Shown one piece after another: positions 47,038 through 57,226 of a stretch of 64,000 nucleotides of DNA. Made by a program: the position numbers and the translations under genes. The stretch lies in IMG/VR virus record IMGVR_UViG_3300028920_000065, positions 12,922-76,921 of that record; one strand, 5' to 3'. How positions within the stretch are numbered: the first letter of the stretch is position 1; the number at the start of each line of letters is the position of its first letter. Origin of the DNA: a virus. A model generated the notes under the pieces. That model was not told the DNA's origin. It ran no database searches and was given only the letters and a program-made list of their open reading frames with translations.

Positions 47038-48219
47038 ATGTTGGTTTCTGGTGTAGGAGCATTAACAAGCAAGGGATTAGAGATTGCAGATTTTTGTAAA
47101 TTAAATGATGTTTCCCTTGATTTCAAACATTTTTATGTAACAGATAATCTTTCTTTAACACTAACAAATTTAACTGATCCAACTCATTCTCCATATAATG
47201 ATATAACAGATGAGGAATTTGTTTATAATCTAGAAAATGTTTCATCAACTGATTATTATAGAGGAAGTGTTTCAACTTCAGAAAGTTTAATTTCAAATGG
47301 TCAATCAGTAATTCCAATATTGATGTCAATTGTTTCTAATGATATAGAAGAAAATTTAGATATATATACAGTTTTTATTTCTGTAAAAGATCCCAATGGT
47401 GCAAAAATTACTGTTGCAGATGGTTCAACATTTCTAACAACCCCACAAACAATAACATTTGGTGCTCCTTTTTCTGGAACAGCAACACTGGATTATATTG
47501 ATGGAAATGATCTTTATATTTCAAACATACAAAGTTCTTTAGCTGTAAAATTAACTTATGATGAATTTATTGCAGAAATTACAACTTCCCTTACAGTTAC
47601 GGGTGGAACTGATGGTGCATCTAGTTTAACAAGTTCTGCTAATGTAGATGATGCAAATTATCTTTTTTATAAAGGATGTATTCGATATGATGAAAGACTT
47701 GATATTACTGTTGCCAACGCAACTAATTTTTCAGCTGGAAGTACCCTTACAAATCCAACGGGGGCAGTTGCTTCGGTTACAAATGTCGCAGGTAGTGTTT
47801 TAACTGTTAATAGAACAAATACAAGCATTTTTTCCAATGGAGAAAATGTTGATTATAATAGTCCATATTCAGCTCCAGATACTACAATAACTGCAATACC
47901 AATAGTAAATACAACATCCAGTGTTGTAACAGCAGTAAAATACACAAGCGATGGATCAGATTTATTGTTAAGAATTAATTTAAGGAGTACTTCTGGATTT
48001 CCACAAGATTTAACATTTTTAAATACTGCTGTAACTGAAATTGAAATTCATAATGCGGATACATCAGATACGCATCCTGATATTAGGTTGCAAATGTTAG
48101 TAAATGCTAGTATTTATGGCTCTGATATAAGATATAATTATGATCAGATAGTTTCTTTAAAAAATCAAATAAATGCTATCATAACGGCAAATGGATTATC
48201 TGGAGGACCGATTGTATAA
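47038..48219 (+). CDS. Virion structural protein (baseplate/fibre attachment)
   Basis: Late promoter; LTSKG N-terminus; Thr/Ser-rich beta modules; IEIHNADTSDTHPDIR fibre-type motif. Confidence 0.6.
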   Translation: MLVSGVGALTSKGLEIADFCKLNDVSLDFKHFYVTDNLSLTLTNLTDPTHSPYNDITDEEFVYNLENVSSTDYYRGSVSTSESLISNGQSVIPILMSIVSNDIEENLDIYTVFISVKDPNGAKITVADGSTFLTTPQTITFGAPFSGTATLDYIDGNDLYISNIQSSLAVKLTYDEFIAEITTSLTVTGGTDGASSLTSSANVDDANYLFYKGCIRYDERLDITVANATNFSAGSTLTNPTGAVASVTNVAGSVLTVNRTNTSIFSNGENVDYNSPYSAPDTTITAIPIVNTTSSVVTAVKYTSDGSDLLLRINLRSTSGFPQDLTFLNTAVTEIEIHNADTSDTHPDIRLQMLVNASIYGSDIRYNYDQIVSLKNQINAIITANGLSGGPIV

Positions 48220-48823
48220 ATATCATTTTTTATATCAGACGACAAATTTAATCAATGGAAAAATTTATGTTGGAATTCATTCAACAGATGATTTGGGTAG
48301 CGGAATTGCATTAATAAATGCAATAAAAAAATATGGAAAGGAAAATTTTGAACGGGAAATATTGGAATTTTCTAATACAAGAGATGAAATATTACAGAAT
48401 GGAGAAAAGAATAGTTTTTATAGAAAGTCCCATACAGAAGAAACAAAGAAAAAAATTTCTGAAGCAAACTCTAGAAAAAAACGAACCGATGAATTTAAAA
48501 AAATAAAATCTGAGAAAATGAAAGAATATTGGTCAGAAAATGATTATCCACATAAGGGCAAGACATATGAGGAAGTTTATGGTGTTGAAAAAGCGAAAGA
48601 ACTAAAAGAAAAAAGAAAAAATACTTTTTCAAAAAATAGAAAGGATAGTTCAGGAGCGAATAATCCAAAAGCAAAATTAAATGATAATATGGTTATTATT
48701 ATTCGTTTAATGAACAAATTTAATAAATATACAATAGATGAGATGTCTTTATTATTTGGTGTCACTAAAACCACAATACGAGATATAATTAAAATAAAAA
48801 CTTGGAAAAATATAACAATTTAA
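48191..48823 (+). mobile_element. Free-standing GIY-YIG homing endonuclease (Seg-like), probably degenerate
   Basis: FLYQTTNLINGKIYVGIHST, AIKKYGKENFEREIL, NUMOD3-like HTEETKKKISEA, NPKAKL + HTH. Confidence 0.8.
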
Positions 48824-48834
48824 AGGAGTTAGGA

Positions 48835-50460
48835 ATGATAAATTGGGCAAGTGCGATTCAGCAAATTATTGATGCGCATGCGGATCTATTAGAAACCACT
48901 TCAGAATTACAAAAATGGGTAACTGGTAGTTCAGGAGGAACTGCTATTTCGTCCGTAACATTTGATTTTTCTGATGGAACATCTAGTGTTGTTAACACAA
49001 TACCAGAGATTGTTGCAAATGCTAGTGGTTCACAAACAATTACAGCAGGTGAAAATTTATCTACTGGCGATAGAGTAAAAATTTATAATGATGGTGGAAC
49101 AGCAAAGGTTAAAAAATTGGTTGCATCATCTTTTGGATCAGCTTCACAGTATAATACAACATCAAGCAGTAATGCTATTGCATATGATTCTGATAATGGT
49201 GTTGGTGTTGTTTTTTATTGTGAATCCATTGCTGCTGGAGATGTCGAAGCAAAAATATTTTCTATTACTTCCTCAATTACTTATGGTTCAGCACAAACTG
49301 TTAATACAACAACTGGAATACATACACAAACTGCTGTTTTTCATTGCTCAGGTGATACGACTGCAGGAACAATTTTATTTCTGTACATAGATTCTGGAGA
49401 TGAATCAAAAATAAAATATAAAATTGGAACATCTGATGGAACAACAATAACAATGGGATCAGAAGGTGATGTTGGATCATCTACAACTTCTGGAATTTCA
49501 ACTTATGTTGCCAAATATGATTCAACAAATAATATGATTTTGATTTCAGCATGGGATAATTCGGGATTTGATTTAATTTTAAAATATGGAACTGTTGATG
49601 GTTCTACAAAATCTATATCGTGGGGAACGGATCAAACAATTTTAAATGATATAACAACGAGTGCGAGCATAACTGAAGGATTTGCACTTGCTCTTGATGA
49701 AGCAACTGGAACTGCATATGTCGGATATTCGGATAGTTCAGACGATTTTTATATAAGACGTTACACAACATATAATGGCGTGATTTCAGCAAAAACTCCT
49801 ACTCAGCTTTATGTACTTGGTTCTGACTATTCATTTAATACTCTTGATTTTCAATATGATTCTGCAAATGATCAACTAATTCTTTTTACCGGTTGGAAAT
49901 TTTCAACTGTTGGATCACTAATGACTTTTCATATTCGTTATGATACATCAACTGAATCGGCATTTGAACTCGCAAGAAATACACTTGGAGCTTATGATAC
50001 AGGATTATTTGATACCCGAAGAGGCGGAATTGACCTTGATAATAATAAAATATTTTATTATGCTGGAAACCTCTCAGCAGCTCCATTGTATGTATATGAA
50101 TATGATTTAGATTTTACAATTGTTACGACTAATTCATTTCATGTCTACAATGAAATATTAATTCCTACTAAAAATTGTTCAATCGCAGTTGTTGATAATC
50201 TTGTATTTTTTAGTTTTAAAACTGATTTAGCATCTAAATATCTTGATGAACGGGAAAATTTTGCAGGAATAATTCAATCTAATGTTACTTCTGGTAATGA
50301 TGCGACTGTTTCTATTCTTGCTGGTGGAATTTCAACCGCAAATTCTGGATTGACAATAGGACAAAAATATTATTTGCAAACTGATACATCTATTGGAACA
50401 ACAAAAAATAAATTTCCTGTTGGAATTGCACTTGACGCAGGAAATTTGCGTTTAATATAG
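48835..50460 (+). CDS. Tail fibre/receptor-binding-like virion protein
   Basis: TAGENLSTGD...SGLTIGQKYY...VGIAL flanking a repeated YDS.N propeller-like region. Start at 48835 with AAGGAG RBS. Confidence 0.65.
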   Translation: MINWASAIQQIIDAHADLLETTSELQKWVTGSSGGTAISSVTFDFSDGTSSVVNTIPEIVANASGSQTITAGENLSTGDRVKIYNDGGTAKVKKLVASSFGSASQYNTTSSSNAIAYDSDNGVGVVFYCESIAAGDVEAKIFSITSSITYGSAQTVNTTTGIHTQTAVFHCSGDTTAGTILFLYIDSGDESKIKYKIGTSDGTTITMGSEGDVGSSTTSGISTYVAKYDSTNNMILISAWDNSGFDLILKYGTVDGSTKSISWGTDQTILNDITTSASITEGFALALDEATGTAYVGYSDSSDDFYIRRYTTYNGVISAKTPTQLYVLGSDYSFNTLDFQYDSANDQLILFTGWKFSTVGSLMTFHIRYDTSTESAFELARNTLGAYDTGLFDTRRGGIDLDNNKIFYYAGNLSAAPLYVYEYDLDFTIVTTNSFHVYNEILIPTKNCSIAVVDNLVFFSFKTDLASKYLDERENFAGIIQSNVTSGNDATVSILAGGISTANSGLTIGQKYYLQTDTSIGTTKNKFPVGIALDAGNLRLI

Positions 50461-50469
50461 GAGAATAAA

Positions 50470-51144
50470 ATGAGCACAACCGATGGCGGAAAAAGAATAC
50501 ATGAAATTGCAAATGAAAAAACAATATTGGTTGGAGATGATGAATTTGTAATTGATGATTCTGAAAATACGGATGCTGATGGAAATCAATTAACAAAAAA
50601 AGTAAAATATAAAAATATTCTTAAATTTAAGGATTATGATTCAATTCCAATTGAATGGCCCGAGGATGGATCTTCAGCACCAGATGCAGCTGCACTTGTA
50701 ACGGATGGAAATGGAAATTTACGATCAAGAACATTTGATTCAACAGCCGCAGAGACATTGGTTGTTCCATGGGAATGTCCTCCAAATTGCGTTTTAACTG
50801 CTGGTATAACATATCGAGTAAAATTTATTGTAACTGAAGCAACTGGTCCAAGTTCTGAAGGTGTTGTTTTTAAAATGTCAGGATATAGTTCTGGAAATGG
50901 CGATGCGATGAATGGAACCTTTGCAACTGCGATTGCAACTTCAAAAGCAACCGGTCTTACTGAATCACAATATGATCTTGTTTTTACTGAATGGTCAACC
51001 GCAAATCTTACAATAACAGATGAAGCTGTTGGTGAAACAATATTTTTTGAGTTTCAAAGGGATCCTACTGATTCTGATGATACATATGGACAAGATGTTG
51101 GTGTTTATATGATTCAATTGGCTTTTTATCGACAGGCTGAATAA
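50470..51144 (+). CDS. Virion fibre/appendage protein
   Basis: KRIHEI...DDEFVIDD...TKKV fibre-type N-terminus plus a beta-rich C-domain. Confidence 0.55.
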   Translation: MSTTDGGKRIHEIANEKTILVGDDEFVIDDSENTDADGNQLTKKVKYKNILKFKDYDSIPIEWPEDGSSAPDAAALVTDGNGNLRSRTFDSTAAETLVVPWECPPNCVLTAGITYRVKFIVTEATGPSSEGVVFKMSGYSSGNGDAMNGTFATAIATSKATGLTESQYDLVFTEWSTANLTITDEAVGETIFFEFQRDPTDSDDTYGQDVGVYMIQLAFYRQAE

Positions 51145-51165
51145 AAATAGAGAGATTGAATGTAA

Positions 51166-52884
51166 ATGATAGGAAATATATCTTGGGAAAATAGAGAAAA
51201 AGAACTTCAAAAAGAAATTGAATGCCTTACAGAACATTATAATGAAGAAGACTTATGGTATAAAAATATTGAATATGTAAAAGATAAAAATATTGATGTA
51301 TCAATTTTATTTTCTTATCAAGGAAATGAAAAAATTTCTGAAATGAAAAAATGCATTTCTTCTCCATTGTATTTTATATCCAATTATGTATATCTTGAAG
51401 GTGAAAAAAATAATGGAGAAGTTGATATTATTCTTTTTACTCCAAGATCTTTCCAAGTAGAAATGATCGAAACTTTTGAAGGAAATAGATTAACATTAGT
51501 GAAAATGGGTAGACAACTTGGTAAAACAATTGTATGTTGTGCTTATTTTTTATGGAATGTTATTTTTAAAGATAATTTTAAAATCGAAATGTTTGCAAAC
51601 AGAAATGATCTTTCTAAAGATAATATTGATAGAATTAAAAAAATGTACGAACGGTTGCCATTATGGATGAAACCAGGAATAAAAAAATGGAATGAAAGTG
51701 CAATTATTTTTGAAAATGGATCAAGGATTAAATCAGGAGTTGCAAATAAAGAATCTGGGCGTGGTGGAACAAATAATATTCTTTTTGCTGATGAAATTGG
51801 ACGTATTGAAGACAACATTATGGCAAAATGGTATTCATCAGCATTTCCTACTATAAAATCTAAAAAACATTCTAAATTTATTGGTGTTTCAACACCTCAT
51901 GGATTAAATACATTTTGGAGGATGTTTACAGAAGCATTAAATGGAATTAATGGATTTGTTGCTTTGGAATATCCATGGAATATCGATGGAATTCGTGATG
52001 AAAAATTTAAAGAGGAAACTATTGCATCTTTAAATGGTGGTTATAGAGAATGGCTTCAAGAATTCGAGGCAAAATTTTTAGGAAGTTCTGGAACACTTCT
52101 TTCAGCTGCAACTTTAGGAAAATTTGCTGCAATACAACCAATTCAAGAAATTAAATTATTAGGAAATGATTATATTTTAAAAATTTATAAAAATGCTATA
52201 AATGATCATAATTATATTATGACACATGATGCTTCTGAAGGTCTTGGAGATGATAATGATTATACTGCAATTCATGTTTGGGATATTACAAATCCATTAA
52301 AATATATACAAGTAGCAGTTTTAAATAATAATGAAATTGATAAAGACGACGCACCTTTTATTATTTCAGAAATAGGAAAATTATATAATAATTGTGCTGA
52401 AATATCTGAAAATAATTTTCTTCCAGAAATTCCAGAAAATATCATTAGAGTTGCTGATTATGGTGGAGATGTTTATATTCATTCTGATGGAAGATATGGA
52501 ATTAAAATGACTGAAAAACAAAGAAATATTGGATTATCAAGAATGAAGAAAGAATTTGAAAAAAATAGAGTTGAAATTTTTGATTATGAAACAATATATC
52601 AATTTTCAAGATTTTCAAAAGGAAAATCAGGCAAATATGAAGGTGAATATGGTGTTCATGATGATCTTGTTACCTCTGCAAATCTTTTATTTTGGTTGAT
52701 GGCAGATGAGGACAGGTTTGAAAGGTGGTTTTCTGATAAAATAAATTATTTTTCTGAAGCAAAACAAATCAATGTTCCTGAAAATGATCTTCCAGATATG
52801 TTTATTGATAATGGAAATGAAATAGAATTTTTTAAAAGTGGTGATTATACAAATATAAATGATGATGACGACGACATATTTTAA
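51166..52884 (+). CDS. gp17: Terminase large subunit gp17-like
   Basis: KC..SPLYFI.NY, GRQLGKT, LPLWM, ENGS, ADE, STPHG.N.F, QEFEAKF.GSSGTL, DASEG, HDDLV. Confidence 0.95.
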   Translation: MIGNISWENREKELQKEIECLTEHYNEEDLWYKNIEYVKDKNIDVSILFSYQGNEKISEMKKCISSPLYFISNYVYLEGEKNNGEVDIILFTPRSFQVEMIETFEGNRLTLVKMGRQLGKTIVCCAYFLWNVIFKDNFKIEMFANRNDLSKDNIDRIKKMYERLPLWMKPGIKKWNESAIIFENGSRIKSGVANKESGRGGTNNILFADEIGRIEDNIMAKWYSSAFPTIKSKKHSKFIGVSTPHGLNTFWRMFTEALNGINGFVALEYPWNIDGIRDEKFKEETIASLNGGYREWLQEFEAKFLGSSGTLLSAATLGKFAAIQPIQEIKLLGNDYILKIYKNAINDHNYIMTHDASEGLGDDNDYTAIHVWDITNPLKYIQVAVLNNNEIDKDDAPFIISEIGKLYNNCAEISENNFLPEIPENIIRVADYGGDVYIHSDGRYGIKMTEKQRNIGLSRMKKEFEKNRVEIFDYETIYQFSRFSKGKSGKYEGEYGVHDDLVTSANLLFWLMADEDRFERWFSDKINYFSEAKQINVPENDLPDMFIDNGNEIEFFKSGDYTNINDDDDDIF

Positions 52885-52936
52885 TTTATAGTGATTTTCT
52901 GTTGTTTTTAATAGCAGAGTATAGATAATTATTTTT
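52875..52936 (-). repeat. Dispersed intergenic repeat copy overlapping the terminase stop
   Basis: Reverse complement matches 40339-40400 with about 2 mismatches. Confidence 0.9.
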
Positions 52937-53032
52937 TAATTGTTTCTGATAATAATTTTTTAATATATTTTAAAAAAGTGTAAAATAAATAATTCTGATG
53001 GGTTTTATTAACGCATCCAAAGAAGGTGTAAA

Positions 53033-54235
53033 GTGAAAAAAATTCGATATGAAAAGAAAAGACAAGAAAAATCAATTACAGGTGGTCCGTTTTTTGGATT
53101 AACATTTTTTCACAGCAATTGGGGTAATATGAATTATCCTACTCGTGTGATTGATCAGGAAGAATTGGAGAAAAAATTTGGTTACCTTGATTCTGAAAAA
53201 GATGATTGGATGCAGGCATGGAATTTTTTAGCATATATTAAAAATTTAAAAATTTTCAGAGTAGGAAAACAAGAACCTGTTGCCTCATTTGATGTTTCAA
53301 ATGATTTGACTTCTGTAACTGGTGCAGGAAATTCAATGACATTTTTAAACAATCAAGTAACTGCAATTACAACTGCAACATCTGTTTGGAATTCTGTTAC
53401 AAATGGTGCAAGTATCTATTATCACCTAAATGATATTCATGTTCCACAAAATGAACCAACATTAGGAACAAATCAACTGCTTTTTGTTGTAGCAAAATAT
53501 CCAGGTACACTTGGAAATGAAATTGGTATTTCTATTGTTAATTCAGACTCCAATTTAAAAAGAAGTTTTGTTTTTAAACATGATTATTCTAATGTAACAT
53601 CTGTTTCAGGAATTACAGCAGGAGATACAATATATGGATCAACAACTTCTGCTTATGGAACGATAGAACAAATAATTGATTCGACAATTTATTTTAGAAT
53701 GGAAAATGGAATCTTTTCAGCTGGAGAAACATTTACTTTAAATTCCACTGCAATAGGAACATTTTCAGCAATTAATACTGAGGATGATGTTGAAAATAAA
53801 GTTAGAATGAATCAGATATTTGATAGAAAAATTAAGGAACATGAGATTGGTATTGTTGTTTCTGTTGAAAATGAAATAGTGGAAAGTGAAATTGTATCGC
53901 TTGACTATATAAATGATAATTTTATAGAGGATTGGAATTCTGATTATTTAGAATTTATAGTAAATGAAAATTATCAGGATCCAACTGATTTAGCTCCAGC
54001 ATCAAAACCAGCATATATGTTGTGGGAAACTGTAAATGAAAAGCTCCTTTTTGGATCATCTGATTCTCCTAGTACTGCGGAAATAAAAACTCAATTGGAT
54101 AAATTGAAGGGCGAAACATATGGAAAATATTCAGTTATTTTTCATTGTAATATTGATGTTTCTGAATATATTGCAGAAAATATTTTATCAGATGAAAGAA
54201 TGCAAATAACTAATAATAATGATATTACAATTTAG
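53033..54235 (+). CDS. Tail-sheath paralog, N-terminal part
   Basis: WG....P.RV..QEELEKKFG...W.QAWNFLAY...FRV; AKYPGTLGNEI; EIGIVV...IVES, all gp18 N-terminal motifs. Confidence 0.8.
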   Translation: MKKIRYEKKRQEKSITGGPFFGLTFFHSNWGNMNYPTRVIDQEELEKKFGYLDSEKDDWMQAWNFLAYIKNLKIFRVGKQEPVASFDVSNDLTSVTGAGNSMTFLNNQVTAITTATSVWNSVTNGASIYYHLNDIHVPQNEPTLGTNQLLFVVAKYPGTLGNEIGISIVNSDSNLKRSFVFKHDYSNVTSVSGITAGDTIYGSTTSAYGTIEQIIDSTIYFRMENGIFSAGETFTLNSTAIGTFSAINTEDDVENKVRMNQIFDRKIKEHEIGIVVSVENEIVESEIVSLDYINDNFIEDWNSDYLEFIVNENYQDPTDLAPASKPAYMLWETVNEKLLFGSSDSPSTAEIKTQLDKLKGETYGKYSVIFHCNIDVSEYIAENILSDERMQITNNNDITI

Positions 54236-54244
54236 AGGATAATT

Positions 54245-54850
54245 ATGGTTTCAACAATTCCTATAGAATCAAATACGGCTTTAGTAACATATGATTATTC
54301 AGTGACATTTAATAACATTAAAACACAGATAAATCCAAAAACAGATGAAATTGAAGAATATGGAGTTGCTGGAGATGTTGCTGGAATAATTGTTTCAAAA
54401 TTAAATTCTAATAAATTTTCAGAAATATCTGGAATAACAAATTCTGAAATTAAAAATATTCTTGCCATAAATCAATATACATTTGATGAATTTATTCAAT
54501 TACAAGAAAAGGGAATCAATATTGTTGCCCGTTCTGGAGATAATTATTATATAAAAGGTAATATATTTCAACATCCTACCTCAGATGCTTTTGATAGGTT
54601 AAATGTATATCTCATATATCTTTATAGTGTAGTTACATTAAAAGTTTTTTTAGAATTAATTATTTCTGAAGATGAAAATATTGAGATTAGAATTTCTGCA
54701 AAACTAAATCAAATAAAAAATTCATTGGAAAATTATATTTCTGGATTTGATTACCTTTTGGATATTTCTGGAAATACAATTACTATAGATTTATATGAAA
54801 ATATAAATAGACCTATTTCAAGGATGAAATTTATTATCGATTTTCTTTGA
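54245..54850 (+). CDS. Tail-sheath paralog, C-terminal part
   Basis: AGDVAGI, LQEKGINIV, KGN, SDAFDRLNV, RPISRM; in frame with the upstream ORF. Confidence 0.75.
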   Translation: MVSTIPIESNTALVTYDYSVTFNNIKTQINPKTDEIEEYGVAGDVAGIIVSKLNSNKFSEISGITNSEIKNILAINQYTFDEFIQLQEKGINIVARSGDNYYIKGNIFQHPTSDAFDRLNVYLIYLYSVVTLKVFLELIISEDENIEIRISAKLNQIKNSLENYISGFDYLLDISGNTITIDLYENINRPISRMKFIIDFL

Positions 54851-54872
54851 TCCTTTTAATCAATTCAATTAA

Positions 54873-54886
54873 ATAAATAATATTGA
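54873..54886 (+). promoter_or_regulatory. Late promoter (sheath); same motif at 43252, 43680, 47004, 52985, 57187, 59175, 61635, 62689
   Basis: ATAAATAATATTGA. Confidence 0.85.
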
Positions 54887-54923
54887 TAGATGTTTATAAA
54901 CAATAATAAAATGGAGATTAAAA

Positions 54924-57149
54924 ATGACAAATTTGTCACCTAATCTAAATCTAAGGGTGAGAGATAAAAGTCTAGGATCAGTGCCCCTTTCCACTGGTTC
55001 CGTGGGTTTTATCTTACCTGCCCAATGGGGACCAGTTAATAAAGTTTTGACTGTTGGTTCTGTTAAAGGTGGTACAGGCAATCTATATGATGCATATGGA
55101 CAAAGTATCTATAATACTAATCACATTACTTGGGCAACAATAGCAAAATATTTGAATTATGGTGTTGGTGCTGCTAAGGTGTGTAGAATTGCATCTGATG
55201 ACTCAACAACTAAAAATTCAGTAAAATTTGTATCTGCTGACTTAACACTTTCAGACTGGAATAATGGAACAGCACAGTTTAGAAAACTTAATCCTGAGGA
55301 TGATAGTTTTCCATCTATTGAAAATGTTATCGTGACACTTGATGCTGATCCTAGTGCTGTTTGGACTGCTGGGGATACTATTACGGGTGGAACTTCAAGT
55401 GCAACTGGAACTGTTGATGCTGTTATTCTTATTGCAGAAAATTCAACCGCAACTGCCTTTGCTTATTTAAAAGATGTTTCTGGAACTTTTACAGCTGGTG
55501 AAACTTTAACTGCAACGGCTGGAAGTGGTACAGCAACAATTGCAACTGCTGCTGGAACAATTGATAGCAATACGCTTTATGATACATATTTCCATCAGGT
55601 ACGCTTGACTGTTGGTGCTGGAGAAGAAGATAAAGTAGGTATTGGTGGAACTATAGCTGATGCGAATGGTGCATCTGGAATAGTTATTGGAAAAGATAGA
55701 TCAAACCATTATCTTTTTGTTACTTCTCACACTGGAACATTCACAGCAACGGCATTAACAACGCTTGATACAATAACATATGCTGCAACCCCAGTAACCG
55801 TTAGTGCTGTAACAGAAACATCAGCAATTCAGCAAGTTTTAATGTTTTATGCTAAATATCCTGGAACTGTTGGTGATACAATAAATGTTGCATTGACAAA
55901 TAGAAATGATTATTCAACCGCTACTTATTCTGGAACAAATAAAATTTCAGACCTTTTTGAAAATACTTCATTAAGTGAGGATGAGGTTGCAATTGTGGTT
56001 ACACTTGATGGAACTGTTGTCGAATCTCATATTTGCTCGCTTGATTCAACTGCAACACTTCAAGGAGGAAAATCTTTTTTTATAGATGATTTTCTTGAAG
56101 ATAATTCTAGTTATATTGGTTCTGTATCTGTTGTTGATGGAGCCGCAACTGTTTCTGATCTAGATGATCTTGGAGTTGGTTCAGGTTCATTTGTTGGGAC
56201 TGCACTTTCTAATGGTGCAACTGGAACTGTTGCTCTTCAAGAAGCAAAGGATGGATATGATGAACTTGCTAAAAAATCTGCTGGTTGTCGCTTGATTTGT
56301 GATTTTCATGAATTAAATGATGTGTCTTATTATGGAGATATGATGTCTTATCTTCAAGGACTTGCAGATGCAGCGAAACGATTTCATTTTATTGGAACTA
56401 TGAGAAAAGATGATATTACTCCATCAAGCTTTAATGCCGCAACTTCAATTGCTGCTTCTGGATATGATTCAATCAGTTCATATTATTTCATTCCTTATTA
56501 TGAGTGGTCATGGTATAATAATGGTGATCTTAAAAAGAAATATTATATTCCTGTTACCGGAGATAATGCTGCTATTATTATAAGAACTATTGAACAGTAT
56601 GGTGATTGGAAAGCTCCATTTGGGCTAATCAAAGGAATTATGTCAAATACAACAAAATTATATTACAACCTGGATGAAGGTAGTGATAGTCCTGTTTCAG
56701 AACTCTATAAATATGGAATCAATGCTAATCTTTTCAAAGAGGATGCAGCAGGCAATCAGGTTTATGTTGTATGGGGAAATAGAACAAAATATAACCCAAG
56801 TTCGGATCTATCCAGAATAAATGTTTCAAATGCTTTGACAACTGATATGAAAAAACTTGATGTTCTTCTTCAGCCATTCATATCAGAAGATATTGATCAG
56901 AATACTTTTGATTTAATTGTAAATACAGTTGATGCAGGTTATCTTGCAAATCGTGCTCTTGATGCTTTTGATACTCTTGATGGTGATGGTGGATATGATT
57001 TTATTTGCGATACAAGCAACAATACTGCTCAAACACGAAAAGAAAATAAGATTATAATTGATTTTAAAGTCAAATATAAAAAGGCAGCTGAGTATATTGA
57101 AGCTAATATTACAGTAACGGCAGCAGGTATAGATTTTGAACTCATTTAA
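54924..57149 (+). CDS. gp18: Tail sheath protein gp18-like
   Basis: LSPNL..R..D.S, QWGPV, YAKYPGTVG, PVTGDNA, W.APFG..KG, LYKYGIN, WGNRT, RINV, FICDTSNNT. Confidence 0.93.
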   Translation: MTNLSPNLNLRVRDKSLGSVPLSTGSVGFILPAQWGPVNKVLTVGSVKGGTGNLYDAYGQSIYNTNHITWATIAKYLNYGVGAAKVCRIASDDSTTKNSVKFVSADLTLSDWNNGTAQFRKLNPEDDSFPSIENVIVTLDADPSAVWTAGDTITGGTSSATGTVDAVILIAENSTATAFAYLKDVSGTFTAGETLTATAGSGTATIATAAGTIDSNTLYDTYFHQVRLTVGAGEEDKVGIGGTIADANGASGIVIGKDRSNHYLFVTSHTGTFTATALTTLDTITYAATPVTVSAVTETSAIQQVLMFYAKYPGTVGDTINVALTNRNDYSTATYSGTNKISDLFENTSLSEDEVAIVVTLDGTVVESHICSLDSTATLQGGKSFFIDDFLEDNSSYIGSVSVVDGAATVSDLDDLGVGSGSFVGTALSNGATGTVALQEAKDGYDELAKKSAGCRLICDFHELNDVSYYGDMMSYLQGLADAAKRFHFIGTMRKDDITPSSFNAATSIAASGYDSISSYYFIPYYEWSWYNNGDLKKKYYIPVTGDNAAIIIRTIEQYGDWKAPFGLIKGIMSNTTKLYYNLDEGSDSPVSELYKYGINANLFKEDAAGNQVYVVWGNRTKYNPSSDLSRINVSNALTTDMKKLDVLLQPFISEDIDQNTFDLIVNTVDAGYLANRALDAFDTLDGDGGYDFICDTSNNTAQTRKENKIIIDFKVKYKKAAEYIEANITVTAAGIDFELI

Positions 57150-57158
57150 TTTTAACAC

Positions 57159-57186
57159 AGAGGAAGGGAAAATATTCCCTTCCTCT
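57159..57186 (+). other. Perfect 12-bp hairpin between sheath and tube genes
   Basis: AGAGGAAGGGAA-AATA-TTCCCTTCCTCT, no U-tract, directly abutting the late promoter at 57187. Confidence 0.8.
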
Positions 57187-57226
57187 ATAAATAATATTGA
57201 AGAAAAAACAATAAAAGGAGAAAACA

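Noticed and set aside
48191-48834. Group I intron around the GIY-YIG gene
   Set aside because: Flanking genes have their own stop and start/RBS, there is no room for a ribozyme core, and no P7-like motif was seen.
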